From Abditibacterium sp. (GTDB taxonomy: Bacteria; Armatimonadota; Abditibacteriia; Abditibacteriales; Abditibacteriaceae): a stretch of DNA of 64,000 nt. Positions 10,105 to 20,116 of the stretch are shown here, one piece after another; within the stretch, counting starts at the first letter, position 1, and every line of letters begins with the position of its first letter. Both the position numbers and the translations under genes were made by a program. The stretch lies in NCBI GenBank assembly GCA_965199495.1, contig CBDASK010000003.1:1984001-2048000 (forward strand), given 5' to 3'. Below the pieces are notes generated by a model, which was not told where the DNA came from, made no database searches, and saw nothing but the letters and a program-made list of their open reading frames with translations.

Positions 10105-11904
10105 ATGAACGTTCAACAACCGCATAACCGTCTGCGCACGCCGCTCCCGAAAATTGGAATCCGCCCGACAATTGACGGCAGATTGGGCGGTGTGCGCGAG
10201 TCGCTCGAAGAGCGCACCATGAATATGGCGCGCGCGACCGCCGAATTGATTCAAAATAACATCCGCCACGCTTGCGGTTTGCGGGTCGAAGTCGTCATCG
10301 CCGACACGACAATCGGCGGCGTTTCCGAGGCCGCGCAGTGCGCCGCCCTCTTCGAGCGCGAAGGCGTCGGCGTTTCGCTTACCGTCACGCCGTGTTGGTG
10401 TTACGGCAGCGAAACGATGGACATGAATCCCATCACGCCCAAAGCGGTGTGGGGTTTTAATGGGACGGAGCGGCCCGGCGCGGTTTATCTGGCGGCGGCG
10501 CTGGCGGGCCATGCGCAAAAAGGTTTGCCCGCGTTCGGCATTTATGGCCGCGACGTGCAAGACAGCGACGATACTTCGATTCCCGACGACGTGGCTGCTA
10601 AAATTCTGACGTTTGCGTGCGCCGGTCTGGCCGCCGCGACGATGCGCGGCACGAGTTATCTTTCGATGGGCGGCACGAGCATGGGCATCGCCGGTTCGCA
10701 AATTTCGCCCGAATTTTTCGAGTCGTATCTGGGAATGCGCTCCGAAGCGATTGATTTAACCGAGTTTATTCGTCGCATCGAATTGGAAATTTACGATACC
10801 GAAGAATTTGAGCGCGCGCTGGAATGGGTGAAGCGTAATTGTTCGGAAGGCGCAGATTTGAATCCCGAAGCGGCGCAACGCACGCGCGCGCAGAAAGATG
10901 AAGATTGGGCGACGAGCGTCAAAATGGCTTTGATCGCGCGCGATTTGATGATTGGCAATCCCAAACTTAAAGACACGGGCTGGGGCGAAGAATCCGAGGG
11001 TCACAACGCTTTGGCGGCGGGTTTTCAGGGCCAGCGCCAGTGGACGGACGCGCGGCCCAACGGCGATTTTCCCGAAGCGATTTTGACTTCGAGTTTCGAT
11101 TGGAACGGCATTCGCCAGAGCTTTGTTTTGGCGACCGAAAACGACGCTTTAAACGGCGTCGGAATGTTGATGGGTCATTTGCTCTCGCAGGGACAAGCGA
11201 CTTTATTCGCCGATTTGCGCACCTATTGGAGCGCCAAAGCCGTCGAGCGCGTGACCGGACATAAGCTGCAAGGCCACGCGGCGGGCGGCCTATTGCATTT
11301 GATCAATAGCGGCCCCGCCGCCTTGGATTGGACGGGCGAAATGGAACAAGACGGTGCCCCAGCATTGAAGCCTTGGTATGAGATTTCGTCCGCAGAAGCG
11401 CAGAAATGTCTGGACGCGACGAAATGGTGCGCTTCGGATTTGGGTTATTTCCCGGCGGGCGGCTGGTCAACCGATTTTCTAACGCGCGGCGAAATGCCCG
11501 CCACGATGGTTCGGTTGAATTTGGTCAAAGGTCTTGGCCCGGTTTTGCAAATCGCGCAAGGCTATGCGGTTTCGTTGCCCAACGAAGTCCACGACGCGCT
11601 CGACGCGCGCACCAATCCGACGTGGCCGACGACGTGGTTCGCGCCAATTCTCACCGGCGAGGGCAACTTCCGCGACGCGTATTCGGTAATGAACGCGTGG
11701 GGCGCCAATCACTGCGTCGCGGTCTACGGCCACGTCGGGGCGGATTTAATCGCACTCGCCGCAATTTTGCGGGTTCCCGTCGAAATGCACAACGTTCCGG
11801 CAGAAGATATATTTCGTCCGGCGGCATGGAATCGTTTCGGCGGCATGGCTGATGTCGGCGCCGACTATCGCGCGTGCGCAGCGTATGGGCCGTTGTATGG
11901 TTGA
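10105..11904 (+). CDS. fucI: L-fucose isomerase
   Basis: [47 protein letters not shown]. Confidence 0.95.
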   Translation: MNVQQPHNRLRTPLPKIGIRPTIDGRLGGVRESLEERTMNMARATAELIQNNIRHACGLRVEVVIADTTIGGVSEAAQCAALFEREGVGVSLTVTPCWCYGSETMDMNPITPKAVWGFNGTERPGAVYLAAALAGHAQKGLPAFGIYGRDVQDSDDTSIPDDVAAKILTFACAGLAAATMRGTSYLSMGGTSMGIAGSQISPEFFESYLGMRSEAIDLTEFIRRIELEIYDTEEFERALEWVKRNCSEGADLNPEAAQRTRAQKDEDWATSVKMALIARDLMIGNPKLKDTGWGEESEGHNALAAGFQGQRQWTDARPNGDFPEAILTSSFDWNGIRQSFVLATENDALNGVGMLMGHLLSQGQATLFADLRTYWSAKAVERVTGHKLQGHAAGGLLHLINSGPAALDWTGEMEQDGAPALKPWYEISSAEAQKCLDATKWCASDLGYFPAGGWSTDFLTRGEMPATMVRLNLVKGLGPVLQIAQGYAVSLPNEVHDALDARTNPTWPTTWFAPILTGEGNFRDAYSVMNAWGANHCVAVYGHVGADLIALAAILRVPVEMHNVPAEDIFRPAAWNRFGGMADVGADYRACAAYGPLYG

Positions 11905-11923
11905 GTTGCTGCAAGCCGATGCG

Positions 11924-13810
11924 TTACGTTATTTGAGTAGATTTAGATGTGCGGTAGGCTTGTTCGGGATGATTGGGCTGTAATGGGAAGCGACGTTCCA
12001 ACAATCCTTCTTTAACCAAGGAACTCAAGTAAGTCTGCTGTAAATTTTCCGCACTACGCCCCAGTAATTCGCCCACTTCTTTAGAAGTAAAAAAGTGATC
12101 TCTGCAAATTTGTAAAATCACGTTACGCACGACCGATTGTGGTGGCTTTTTGGGAGACGATACCGGCGCTGCAATATCTTCTAAGCGTTTGCGCTCTTCA
12201 GAAGAGAGAACAAATCCAAGGGAGCTATCAACCGATCCAAGGGAGTTAGGCTTCCTTGGATCGGTTGATAACTCCCTTGGATTCAAATCGAGCACAGGTT
12301 CTGAATTGGCTTCATCTCCATCGACTTTGTAAGTTGTCCATCTGCCACTGCCGCTGGACTGTAAAATTTTTCGACTTACTAAACCTTTAAAAAGAATGGA
12401 ACAATCGGCAGAGTGAAGCCCCGTAACGCTGCGCAAACGTGCATTACTAATCTTTCCCTCGATATGAGCTGTAACAACCGCAATACGCTCTCTCTCATCC
12501 AAGGAGTCAAATGTTTTGCCCAGATGGTCGCGCAGATGTTGAATGGCGCGTTCGGGTAACAAGCTGGCCATTGGCAAAGATAGGTGCGTTTGCTCAGGAT
12601 CATGTTCATCCCAAAGTAGTGGAAATCGCCAGTGTTGTTCCTGCCATGCCCGTAGAATTTTGGGAATTCCAGAGCCAGCTTTTTCTGCGGCACCTATCAT
12701 TTGAAACATACGTTGGAGCCAGGGATTGCGACAATCACTTTGCCCGCCAGCTAAAACTGTATGAAGTGGCAAACGCAGATTTCCCGGATTTTGAAAGGAA
12801 AACTCTCCGGGTTTCTTAATAACTAAAACGCTGGTGCGCCCCGAAAAGTCGGCGTGAATCAAAGTGTTTACCAAAGCTTCGCGCAAGGCTTCATGAATTG
12901 GGCTTTCATCGATTCGCTGCCCCGAACCTTCGATTCGGTAAGGCACTTTCAATTCCGCTGTCAGTCGGGCCAGCACACGACGGAAGAAAATAAATAGGTT
13001 ACCTGACCAAGAGCCATCACTATGAAATCTATCCAGCCATTTTACACTGCCGCCCGCGACCTCATCCGATGGAAGCTCTCGATAATCCAATTGTAATGCT
13101 GGAAACTCTTCCCATATTGGGCTTTGCTGACCAAACATGAGCAACCCTGCCACTGTTAGCCCCTCTTCCCCAGTCTGCCGGTCGCATCGCCACCCACCTA
13201 ATGATCGCAATAACTCTAAATCGTCTTTGGCTAAAAAAGGGTGAGTCGCATTGGTGGTTCGAAATAAAGCGCGAAATGAGAGCAAGCTGTCCTGATCCAG
13301 ATCCGATAATTCGTAATTCGGAAGAATTCTTTCATCCCGTGACCGCTCTGTTGCTTCTGCAATCATACGTTGCACAGAGTTTCTGTTGCACTTGTAATCG
13401 CCTTCAAAATTTCTCTTATACGTTCCCGAGAAAGGATTTAATCCAACAAAAATAGGACGTTCCTCGCGCTTGGCACGAGGAACACGAATAGAAACGACGC
13501 TCAATCCATTTAAGACCTCAACTTGAACATCTTGATCCCTTAGAATGTTTGAGCTAACGACTTGGGCATTGTTGACGCTGTCCCAAAAGAATTTTTGCAC
13601 ATGAGCGGGACTTTTAATACCTTCAATGAAAAATTCATCTCCTTCCTGCTTAACGCCCATATAGATGACGCCCCCTTCGGTGTTAGCCATCGCAGAGTAG
13701 GTTTCCCACAGCGACCGAGGCACGACGCCCTTTCCATCCGCTCCTTGCGCGGACTTAAACTCTAAATCAACATCTTCATCCCGTTCTAATAACTGTTCTA
13801 AATTGGTCAT
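11924..13810 (-). CDS. AlbA_2 (Schlafen-like) + HATPase_c_4 + winged-helix protein
   Basis: LEFKSAQG..SLWETYSAMANTEGGVIYMGV; ALREALVNTLIHAD; FQNPG; EKAGSGIPKI; visibly more AT-rich than flanking genes. Confidence 0.85.
   Translation of the reverse strand: MTNLEQLLERDEDVDLEFKSAQGADGKGVVPRSLWETYSAMANTEGGVIYMGVKQEGDEFFIEGIKSPAHVQKFFWDSVNNAQVVSSNILRDQDVQVEVLNGLSVVSIRVPRAKREERPIFVGLNPFSGTYKRNFEGDYKCNRNSVQRMIAEATERSRDERILPNYELSDLDQDSLLSFRALFRTTNATHPFLAKDDLELLRSLGGWRCDRQTGEEGLTVAGLLMFGQQSPIWEEFPALQLDYRELPSDEVAGGSVKWLDRFHSDGSWSGNLFIFFRRVLARLTAELKVPYRIEGSGQRIDESPIHEALREALVNTLIHADFSGRTSVLVIKKPGEFSFQNPGNLRLPLHTVLAGGQSDCRNPWLQRMFQMIGAAEKAGSGIPKILRAWQEQHWRFPLLWDEHDPEQTHLSLPMASLLPERAIQHLRDHLGKTFDSLDERERIAVVTAHIEGKISNARLRSVTGLHSADCSILFKGLVSRKILQSSGSGRWTTYKVDGDEANSEPVLDLNPRELSTDPRKPNSLGSVDSSLGFVLSSEERKRLEDIAAPVSSPKKPPQSVVRNVILQICRDHFFTSKEVGELLGRSAENLQQTYLSSLVKEGLLERRFPLQPNHPEQAYRTSKSTQIT
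12213..12283. repeat. Intragenic 30-bp inverted repeat (1 mismatch) built from 21-bp units
   Basis: AATCCAAGGGAGCTATCAACCGATCCAAGG ... CCTTGGATCGGTTGATAACTCCCTTGGATT. Confidence 0.85.
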
Positions 13811-13832
13811 CTTTAATTCAAGTTTAACCTCA

Positions 13833-13879
13833 AATTAAAAGAGGTGACACAAAAGCAATTTGTGCCACCTCTTTTAATT
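13833..13879 (-). terminator. Intrinsic terminator after the rhamnose aldolase gene
   Basis: AATTAAAAGAGGTGACACAAA / TTTGTGCCACCTCTTTTAATT hairpin with T tracts. Confidence 0.7.
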
Positions 13880-13901
13880 AATTTATTCTCAAGGGCTACT
13901 C

Positions 13902-16085
13902 CTATCGCAAAAATCCCTCGAACAATCCGCCGTCTACGCCGATGATTTGGCCCGTCGTTTTGCTCAATCTGTCCGTGAGGAACAAGAAAAACGCTTCCGC
14001 TTGATCCTTCGGCTCAATCGGCGATTGTGTCAGCGTGCGCTTCGCATAAAAATGCGCCAGTTTGTCGCGCAAATCATCGTCGCTTTCGGTTTCCGAATAC
14101 GGAATGTCGTATTTCGCCAGACTCGAAATCACGCGGTCGCGCGGGAACATCGCCGAACCCTTCACCACGGTCGCCGGAGCCACGGCGTTGACGCGACAGA
14201 GCGGCGCCAATTCGACGGCCAGTTCGCGCACCAGATGGTTGGCGGCGGCTTTTGAAGTATCGTAGGCCAGCGAACCTTTTTTGGCGACGACGGCGTTGGC
14301 GCTCGTTGTCAAAACGAAATTGGCTTTCAAGCCCTGTGGCTTCAACACGCGATGATAGGTTTCATCGGCGACGAAATACGAGCCGCTCACGTTGATGGCG
14401 AAAGTCAACGCCCAACGGTCGTCGGGAATATGGCCGGTTGTATCAGGCGGCACGAAGATGCCCGCCGTAATCGCGATGCCGTCCAAACCGCCGTAAGCCA
14501 ACGTCGCTTCATCCAGCATTTTGCGAATTGATTCGCGGTCGGTGATGTTGGCGGAAAGTCCAATCGCCGGGCCGCAACCCGAAATTCCTGAACCCGCGAC
14601 GCCGATGCCTTGCCCCAATTGCGCGCTCAGTTCGGCGGCGGTTTGTTGCGCGGCTTGCGCGTTCAAATCCACGCACACGATATGCGCGCCTTCGGGCGCG
14701 ATGCGATGCGCGACTTCGCGCCCGATGCCGCTCCCCGCGCCAATCACCGCGATGACTTGGCGCGCCAATTCGCGCTCTTTGGGCATTCGCTGCAATTTGG
14801 CTTCTTCGAGCAACCAATATTCGATGTCGAACGCTTCCTGCTGCGGCAAAGCAACGTAATTGCCGATAGCTTCGGCGCCGCGCATCACTTCGATGGCGCA
14901 ACCGTAAAACTCGGCGGTCACGCGGCTCTCCGATTTGTCTTTGCCCCACGCGATTAAGCCCAATCCGGGAATCAAAATCACCGTTGGATTGGCGTCGCGT
15001 ATCGCTGGCGAATCATCGTGCTTGCACGCTTCGTAATAAGCCGCGTAATCGGCGCGATATTTCTCGATGCCTTCGCTGAGCTTGGCCTTGAGAGCAGCCA
15101 CGTCGCCAGTCTGCGGGTTCCAGTCAATGTAAAGCGGCTTGATTTTGGTGCGCAGAAAATGATCGGGACAACTGGTTCCCAATTCGGCCAATCGCGGCGC
15201 GTCAACCGAATTAACGAAGCGCAATGTTTTCTCGTCATCTTGGATTGTGCCAATAAAACGCTTAAATTGCGAAACTTGACCGCGCAACCACGGCAGAATT
15301 TCGACCAATGCCGCCCGCCGTGGCTGCTCTTCGAGCGACTGGAATTTCGCGCCGCCAAACGTTTGCTCGCCCTTGTCTTTCGATTCGATGTAGTTCGCGG
15401 CGCGCTCGATGAGTTCGAGCGATAATTCGTAGCAAGCCTTGTCGTCGTCGTGCCAGTTGATGAGGCCGTGGCCGCCCAGAATCACGCCTTTGGCGTCGGG
15501 ATGTTCGCGCACGACTTTTTGCAGTTCCAAACCCAACTCAAAGCCGGGACGTTGCCAGTTCGTCCAAATCACGTCGTCGCCATAAATCTCGCGCGTCAAT
15601 TGCTCGCCGTTATCGGCGGCGGCGACGGCTATGACGGCGTTGGGATGCGTGTGGTCAACGTGTTTGGCGGGCACGAACGAATGAAGCGGCGTATCAATCG
15701 AACTGGCGCGCGGATTGAGATTGAACGTGGCTTGCGCGTATAAGCCGACCATCTTATCTTCGGCGGCGGTTTTGACGCCGCGCTCTGGCTCGTGATTATA
15801 GAGGTTTTGCAGCGCTAATAATTTGTCTTGATAAAGACTGGAAAAGTTCTCGCGTTTAGCGGTGCGCAGATCGCCGCCGCTGCCTTTGACCCACAAAACT
15901 TCGACAATTTCGCCAGTAATCGGATCGGTTTCGGGCAATTTGGCGCTGGTGTTGCCGCCGCCGGTATTGGTGATGCGCCCATCAGCGCCCAGCAAGTTGG
16001 AACGATAAATTAGGCGGCCAACCGGGTCGAGTTTGGCGGCTTCGTCGTCGTTCCAGAGATCGTTTACGTGTTTGAATTCGGGCAT
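13902..16085 (-). CDS. rhaD: Bifunctional rhamnulose-1-phosphate aldolase / short-chain dehydrogenase (RhaEW-type)
   Basis: RSNLLG..TNTGGGNTSAK, VKGSGGDL, SIDTPLH, CPDHFLRTK, YWLLEEAKL; SDR motifs GAGSGIG and YDTSKAA; start MPEFK at 16085. Confidence 0.92.
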   Translation of the reverse strand: MPEFKHVNDLWNDDEAAKLDPVGRLIYRSNLLGADGRITNTGGGNTSAKLPETDPITGEIVEVLWVKGSGGDLRTAKRENFSSLYQDKLLALQNLYNHEPERGVKTAAEDKMVGLYAQATFNLNPRASSIDTPLHSFVPAKHVDHTHPNAVIAVAAADNGEQLTREIYGDDVIWTNWQRPGFELGLELQKVVREHPDAKGVILGGHGLINWHDDDKACYELSLELIERAANYIESKDKGEQTFGGAKFQSLEEQPRRAALVEILPWLRGQVSQFKRFIGTIQDDEKTLRFVNSVDAPRLAELGTSCPDHFLRTKIKPLYIDWNPQTGDVAALKAKLSEGIEKYRADYAAYYEACKHDDSPAIRDANPTVILIPGLGLIAWGKDKSESRVTAEFYGCAIEVMRGAEAIGNYVALPQQEAFDIEYWLLEEAKLQRMPKERELARQVIAVIGAGSGIGREVAHRIAPEGAHIVCVDLNAQAAQQTAAELSAQLGQGIGVAGSGISGCGPAIGLSANITDRESIRKMLDEATLAYGGLDGIAITAGIFVPPDTTGHIPDDRWALTFAINVSGSYFVADETYHRVLKPQGLKANFVLTTSANAVVAKKGSLAYDTSKAAANHLVRELAVELAPLCRVNAVAPATVVKGSAMFPRDRVISSLAKYDIPYSETESDDDLRDKLAHFYAKRTLTQSPIEPKDQAEAFFLFLTDRLSKTTGQIIGVDGGLFEGFLR

Positions 16086-16126
16086 TGTGTTTAGGAAAAT
16101 GCCGACTTTCGGCACTGGTATTACTC

Positions 16127-16310
16127 TGCGGTAGGTATAACTCACACCCCCTCTGGGCTTCGCCCATCTCCCCCTCCGAAAGGGGGAGAGGCGCACGAAC
16201 CCTCGACATCGCCAGAACAATCGCGAGTAATGAACGGCAGAAGAGCCTCTCCCCCTTTCGGAGGGGGAGATGGGCGAAGCCCAGAGGGGGTGTGAGTTAT
16301 ACCTACCGCA
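16127..16310. repeat. 66-bp perfect intergenic inverted repeat (CCCCTC/GAGGGG-rich palindromic element)
   Basis: Arms 16127-16192 and 16245-16310 are exact reverse complements; each arm has internal hairpins. Confidence 0.9.
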
Positions 16311-16314
16311 AATT

Positions 16315-17499
16315 TCAAGCGTAACTCGAACCGCCGCCGCCTTGCGGCCTACGGGCCGTCCGTTCGCTCGCTTTCTCGTCGGTGTAATTGCTTTCGCGAT
16401 GCGCCTTGAGTGGATCGGCGGGCAGACCTTTACTTTCGCGCCACGCCTGCAAAATCGGCGTCACATCCGCGAAAAACGCGCTCTTCAAACACTCTTCGGC
16501 GCCCACGATGTCGCATTCCTTCTGAAATTTGTGCAGCGCCTCGCGGTCAACCATGCAGGCTTTCAGATACAATTCCTGCGCGGTCATCACGGTCTGAATC
16601 ATCGCCTCGATTTTCGGTTTGAGATTGTGACTCTGGTCAATCATGTAAGCGATTTTATCCACGTCCACACCGCGCTGCGCGGCGTTGCGAATCTCGTGAA
16701 ATATCCGAAAAACCGCATACGGATCAATCGAGCCAATCGTCAAATCGTCGTCGGCATATTTGCTGTCGTTGAAGTGAAAACCGCCGAGCATATCTTCGTC
16801 GAGCAGCCACGCCACGATTTGCTCGACGTTAGTCGCGGGCAAATGATGGCCGGTATCCACCAAAACTTTGGCGCGCGGCCCGGCTTTTTTGCACAGCAAG
16901 GTCGCCATGCCCCAATCGGCGCTATCGGTCGCGTAAAACGCGGGTTCAAACGGCTTGTATTCCACCAACATCGTCATTGATTCGGGCATCGCGTCGTGCC
17001 ATTCCATCAACGCCGATTCCATGCGATGTTTGCGCGCGATTAAATCGTCTTGGCCCGGATAATTGATGCCGTCGGCGAACCAGAACGACAGCAAATCGGA
17101 GCCAGTTGCTTGGCCAATCTTAATGCTATCGAGAACGTGCTGATTCGCCATGCGGCGCGCGTCGGCGTTGGGCGAAGCCGCCGAACCATATTTATATTGG
17201 GCGTCTTGAAACAAATTGGGATTGATCGAGCCGATTTTGATGCCGTGTTTTGCGGCCAACTGCGCGACTTCGCGCGGGTTGGAGCCTTCCTGAAAGTCCC
17301 ACAAAACGTGGACGGCCATCGTCGGACAGGCGCCGGTTAAATCGTTGACGCGCGCGGCATCTTCGATCTTTTCTTCGATGGTCGCGGCGGCGGCTGCTTG
17401 CGGGAACTTGCCAAAGCGCGTTCCGGTATCGGCAAAACCCCACGACGGCACTTCGATTTGGAAGGCGTCCAGCAGGGAAAACCAGTCGGTTGGATTCAT
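16315..17499 (-). CDS. rhaI: L-rhamnose isomerase (xylose-isomerase-like type)
   Basis: IEVPSWGFADTGTRF, INPNLFQD, LVEYKPFEPAFYAT, VDTGHH, HFNDSKYADDDL, MIDQSHN; adjacent to rhaD. Confidence 0.88.
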   Translation of the reverse strand: MNPTDWFSLLDAFQIEVPSWGFADTGTRFGKFPQAAAAATIEEKIEDAARVNDLTGACPTMAVHVLWDFQEGSNPREVAQLAAKHGIKIGSINPNLFQDAQYKYGSAASPNADARRMANQHVLDSIKIGQATGSDLLSFWFADGINYPGQDDLIARKHRMESALMEWHDAMPESMTMLVEYKPFEPAFYATDSADWGMATLLCKKAGPRAKVLVDTGHHLPATNVEQIVAWLLDEDMLGGFHFNDSKYADDDLTIGSIDPYAVFRIFHEIRNAAQRGVDVDKIAYMIDQSHNLKPKIEAMIQTVMTAQELYLKACMVDREALHKFQKECDIVGAEECLKSAFFADVTPILQAWRESKGLPADPLKAHRESNYTDEKASERTARRPQGGGGSSYA

Positions 17500-17577
17500 G
17501 GGTGAAAGGTTTACTTTACCGCATATAGCGTTATGGGTAAAGTCGAATTGGTAGCGTTTGCATTGTCTCAAAGCAAA

Positions 17578-17613
17578 TGGAGCAGAATTTTATGGCTATA
17601 AAATTCTGCTCCA
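17578..17613. other. 16-bp inverted repeat (terminator or operator) between the acetylesterase gene and rhaI
   Basis: TGGAGCAGAATTTTAT-GGCT-ATAAAATTCTGCTCCA. Confidence 0.6.
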
Positions 17614-17628
17614 AAAGTCGGAATCGGA

Positions 17629-19578
17629 TTATTGATCGGTGCGAAACGGCGAGGCAGGCAAACCGGCGCTGTTATATAAATTGGCGCGCGGGTTGTTCGA
17701 CCAAGCGAAACGCGCGGTCTTGGGAGCAGCCACGTCGGGCGACTTCAGGTAAATCGTGTCACCTTGAACTCTCGGCGTGGCCCAGAAATATTTGCCATCG
17801 GCGCCCGCGACGGCGAATACGCGATTCGCGTCGCCTTTGATGTTCAAGCCGTCGGCGTTGCCGAAAGTCAAGGCCAAATCGCCTCCTCCCCGGACTAAAA
17901 CGCTTTCCAAAGTCGGGCCATCGGCCTGAACGTTTTGGCCGTAGGTATTTTTGAGCGCCTGCAACGCCAGTCGCAAGCCGACATCCTGTTTGTTGGTGGG
18001 ATGAATATCATTTGCGTTGCCGATGTCGGAAATGACGGCGAGGCCGGTATCGGGCACATTCTTGGCGGTCATGGATTGGGCTTCGCGCAAGTAGGCCCAG
18101 GCGTCGTCGCCGGGTTGGTCGTTGGGCGCCATGTAATTGGCGAGTTGCACAATATAAAACGGCATCGGCGCGCCCGTGGCTGCTCCGAAGCGCGCGCGCC
18201 AATCGGTGATTAACGTTGGCAACAGCGTGCGATATTGCGTCGCCCTTCTCTTGTTATCGGCGTTGGTCTCGCCCTGATACCAGATCACGCCCTTGATTTG
18301 GCCCGGAAAAAGCGGCGCAATCATGCCGTTATAAAGCGCGGTCGGCGTGTTTTGATCGGTTTCGCGCGGCAACGGCGGCGCTTCTTGGAGCGACGCGCCC
18401 AGATGATATTTCCAATCGCCATCGAGCGACACCGTTTGCGCGCCGTCCGCCAACGCCGCAGTCATCGTCGAGCGCAAGCCACCGCCGCCGCCGGTATCCA
18501 AAACGCGAATCGCGATGGTATTAACGCCCGCTTTGACCTGCGCGCCCGGAATCGTGTAATTGCGCGCGTTGCCATAGCCACGCGTTTCGCCGACGAGAGT
18601 GCCGTTCCAATAGGTCGCATCGTCGTCGTCAATTTGACCCAGATTCAGTTTCACATCGTGCCCGGCCCAACCGGCGGGCACGTTCACTTCGCGGCGAAAC
18701 CACATCACGCCATCGAAATCGGAATAGCCTTTGTCTTCCCATGCGGCGGGGAGCGCCATCGTTTTCCAATTGGCGTCGTTCCAGGCGGGATTTTTCCAAC
18801 CGCTTTTGGTGCCTTCGTCGCTTTTCCACCAATCGGCGCGCGCTTGTTCCAGTTGCGCCGGGTTATTGGCATTGGCTTGCATCAGCGAAATCGCGCCATC
18901 GAAATCGCCCATCTTTTTGAGGGCGGACGCGCTGACCCACGTTTCTGCGGGCGTCCCGCCCCAATTCGATTCGATGAGACCGATGGGAATTTTCAATTCC
19001 TGATTGAGCTTGCGCCCGAAAAAGTAGCCGACCGCCGAGAAACTGCTGGTGGCTTGCGGCGTGCAAAACTGCCAGTTGGCGTTGAACGTATCAACGGGCG
19101 CGCTTTGAATGTTGTTGGGCACATGCAGCAATCGAATGCCCGGATAATTGGCGGCGGCAGTTTCGGCGGCGGCGTTGTTGACGCCGCTCAAAGCAAATTC
19201 CATGTTCGATTGACCCGAACAAAGCCAGACATCGCCAAACATCAAATTGCTGCGCGTTTGCGTCTGCCCGCCACTGCTGACTTCCAAAGAATATGGCCCG
19301 CCCGCCGGACGTGGCCGTATCGGAACCGACCAACGCCCGTCGTTATCGGCGCGCAAAACGCGCGTGCCGCCGCCAAACTTCACCGTGACATCGGCGTTAG
19401 GTTGCGCCCAACCCCACATCGTGAGCGGGCGGTCGCGCTGCAAAACCGCGTTTTCGGAAAATAGCGGGTGCAGCAAAGGTTTATTGACTTTGGTCATTTC
19501 TTGAGATCGGGCGGGCGCGGGCGCGATTGTCGTTAATAGCGCGGCGCCCAGAGCGCAGGTGAGTAATGTTTTAATCAT
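17629..19578 (-). CDS. Secreted sialate O-acetylesterase (SASA family, with inserted sugar-binding domain)
   Basis: Signal peptide; GDVWLCSGQSNME, FSAVGYFFG, WGGTPAETW, GVIWYQGETN, DIHPTNKQDVG. Confidence 0.9.
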   Translation of the reverse strand: MIKTLLTCALGAALLTTIAPAPARSQEMTKVNKPLLHPLFSENAVLQRDRPLTMWGWAQPNADVTVKFGGGTRVLRADNDGRWSVPIRPRPAGGPYSLEVSSGGQTQTRSNLMFGDVWLCSGQSNMEFALSGVNNAAAETAAANYPGIRLLHVPNNIQSAPVDTFNANWQFCTPQATSSFSAVGYFFGRKLNQELKIPIGLIESNWGGTPAETWVSASALKKMGDFDGAISLMQANANNPAQLEQARADWWKSDEGTKSGWKNPAWNDANWKTMALPAAWEDKGYSDFDGVMWFRREVNVPAGWAGHDVKLNLGQIDDDDATYWNGTLVGETRGYGNARNYTIPGAQVKAGVNTIAIRVLDTGGGGGLRSTMTAALADGAQTVSLDGDWKYHLGASLQEAPPLPRETDQNTPTALYNGMIAPLFPGQIKGVIWYQGETNADNKRRATQYRTLLPTLITDWRARFGAATGAPMPFYIVQLANYMAPNDQPGDDAWAYLREAQSMTAKNVPDTGLAVISDIGNANDIHPTNKQDVGLRLALQALKNTYGQNVQADGPTLESVLVRGGGDLALTFGNADGLNIKGDANRVFAVAGADGKYFWATPRVQGDTIYLKSPDVAAPKTARFAWSNNPRANLYNSAGLPASPFRTDQ

Positions 19579-19604
19579 GGGATTTGAAGGTTGGTATTTC
19601 TCCC

Positions 19605-19698
19605 GTAGAGACCCCGAAATTTCGGGCCTAAAACGTTGAAGTTGCTTCCACGCTGCGGCAGTTGATACGTTTTAGGGCCGACATTTCGGGGTCTCTAT
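19605..19698. repeat. GTAG-type REP doublet (REPIN), copy 1
   Basis: GTAGAGACCCCGAAATTTCGGGCCTAAAACGT ... ACGTTTTAGGGCCGACATTTCGGGGTCTCTA. Confidence 0.8.
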
Positions 19699-19714
19699 AA
19701 AAGCAATCGCAAAC

Positions 19715-20116
19715 TTATCTGCGTCCGCGCAATTTCTTAATCGCGCCAATTCCAACCGCCAACGTCCCGACTGCGGCCAAAGCGATGGCGCCCCATTTGG
19801 GAGTGTCGTCGGGATGGTCGCGCAGGTTATCGGCAACGCGTTCGCTGAAACCGCGCACGCCAGCGGCGGCCTGATTGAGCTTGGTTTGCGCGGCGTAACC
19901 CAACGGCTCGATTTTTTCACGGATTTTATCGCTGGCTTCGGCGCGCGCCTTGGTCACCACGCGGCGCGGGTCAATTTTGTCTTGAATCGCGTCAATTGTG
20001 GCGCTCATCGCGTCGCGCGTGGCTTCGATGTCGTCTTTGAGTTGGTCGGTGCTTTCTTTGGACAAATCCCGGTTGGGATCGGTGAGTTCGTTTATTTCAC
20101 TTGGTTTTTCAGCCAT
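19715..20116 (-). CDS. DUF3618-like protein
   Basis: DQLKDDIEATRDAMSATIDAIQDKIDP; C-terminal TM; follows a holin-like gene. Confidence 0.75.
   Translation of the reverse strand: MAEKPSEINELTDPNRDLSKESTDQLKDDIEATRDAMSATIDAIQDKIDPRRVVTKARAEASDKIREKIEPLGYAAQTKLNQAAAGVRGFSERVADNLRDHPDDTPKWGAIALAAVGTLAVGIGAIKKLRGRR

Noticed and set aside
16086..16220. N-terminal extensions in the ORF track for rhaD, and likewise dxs, recN, nadK and the 59388 NUDIX
   Set aside because: They run through intergenic palindromes; downstream starts match the family N-termini
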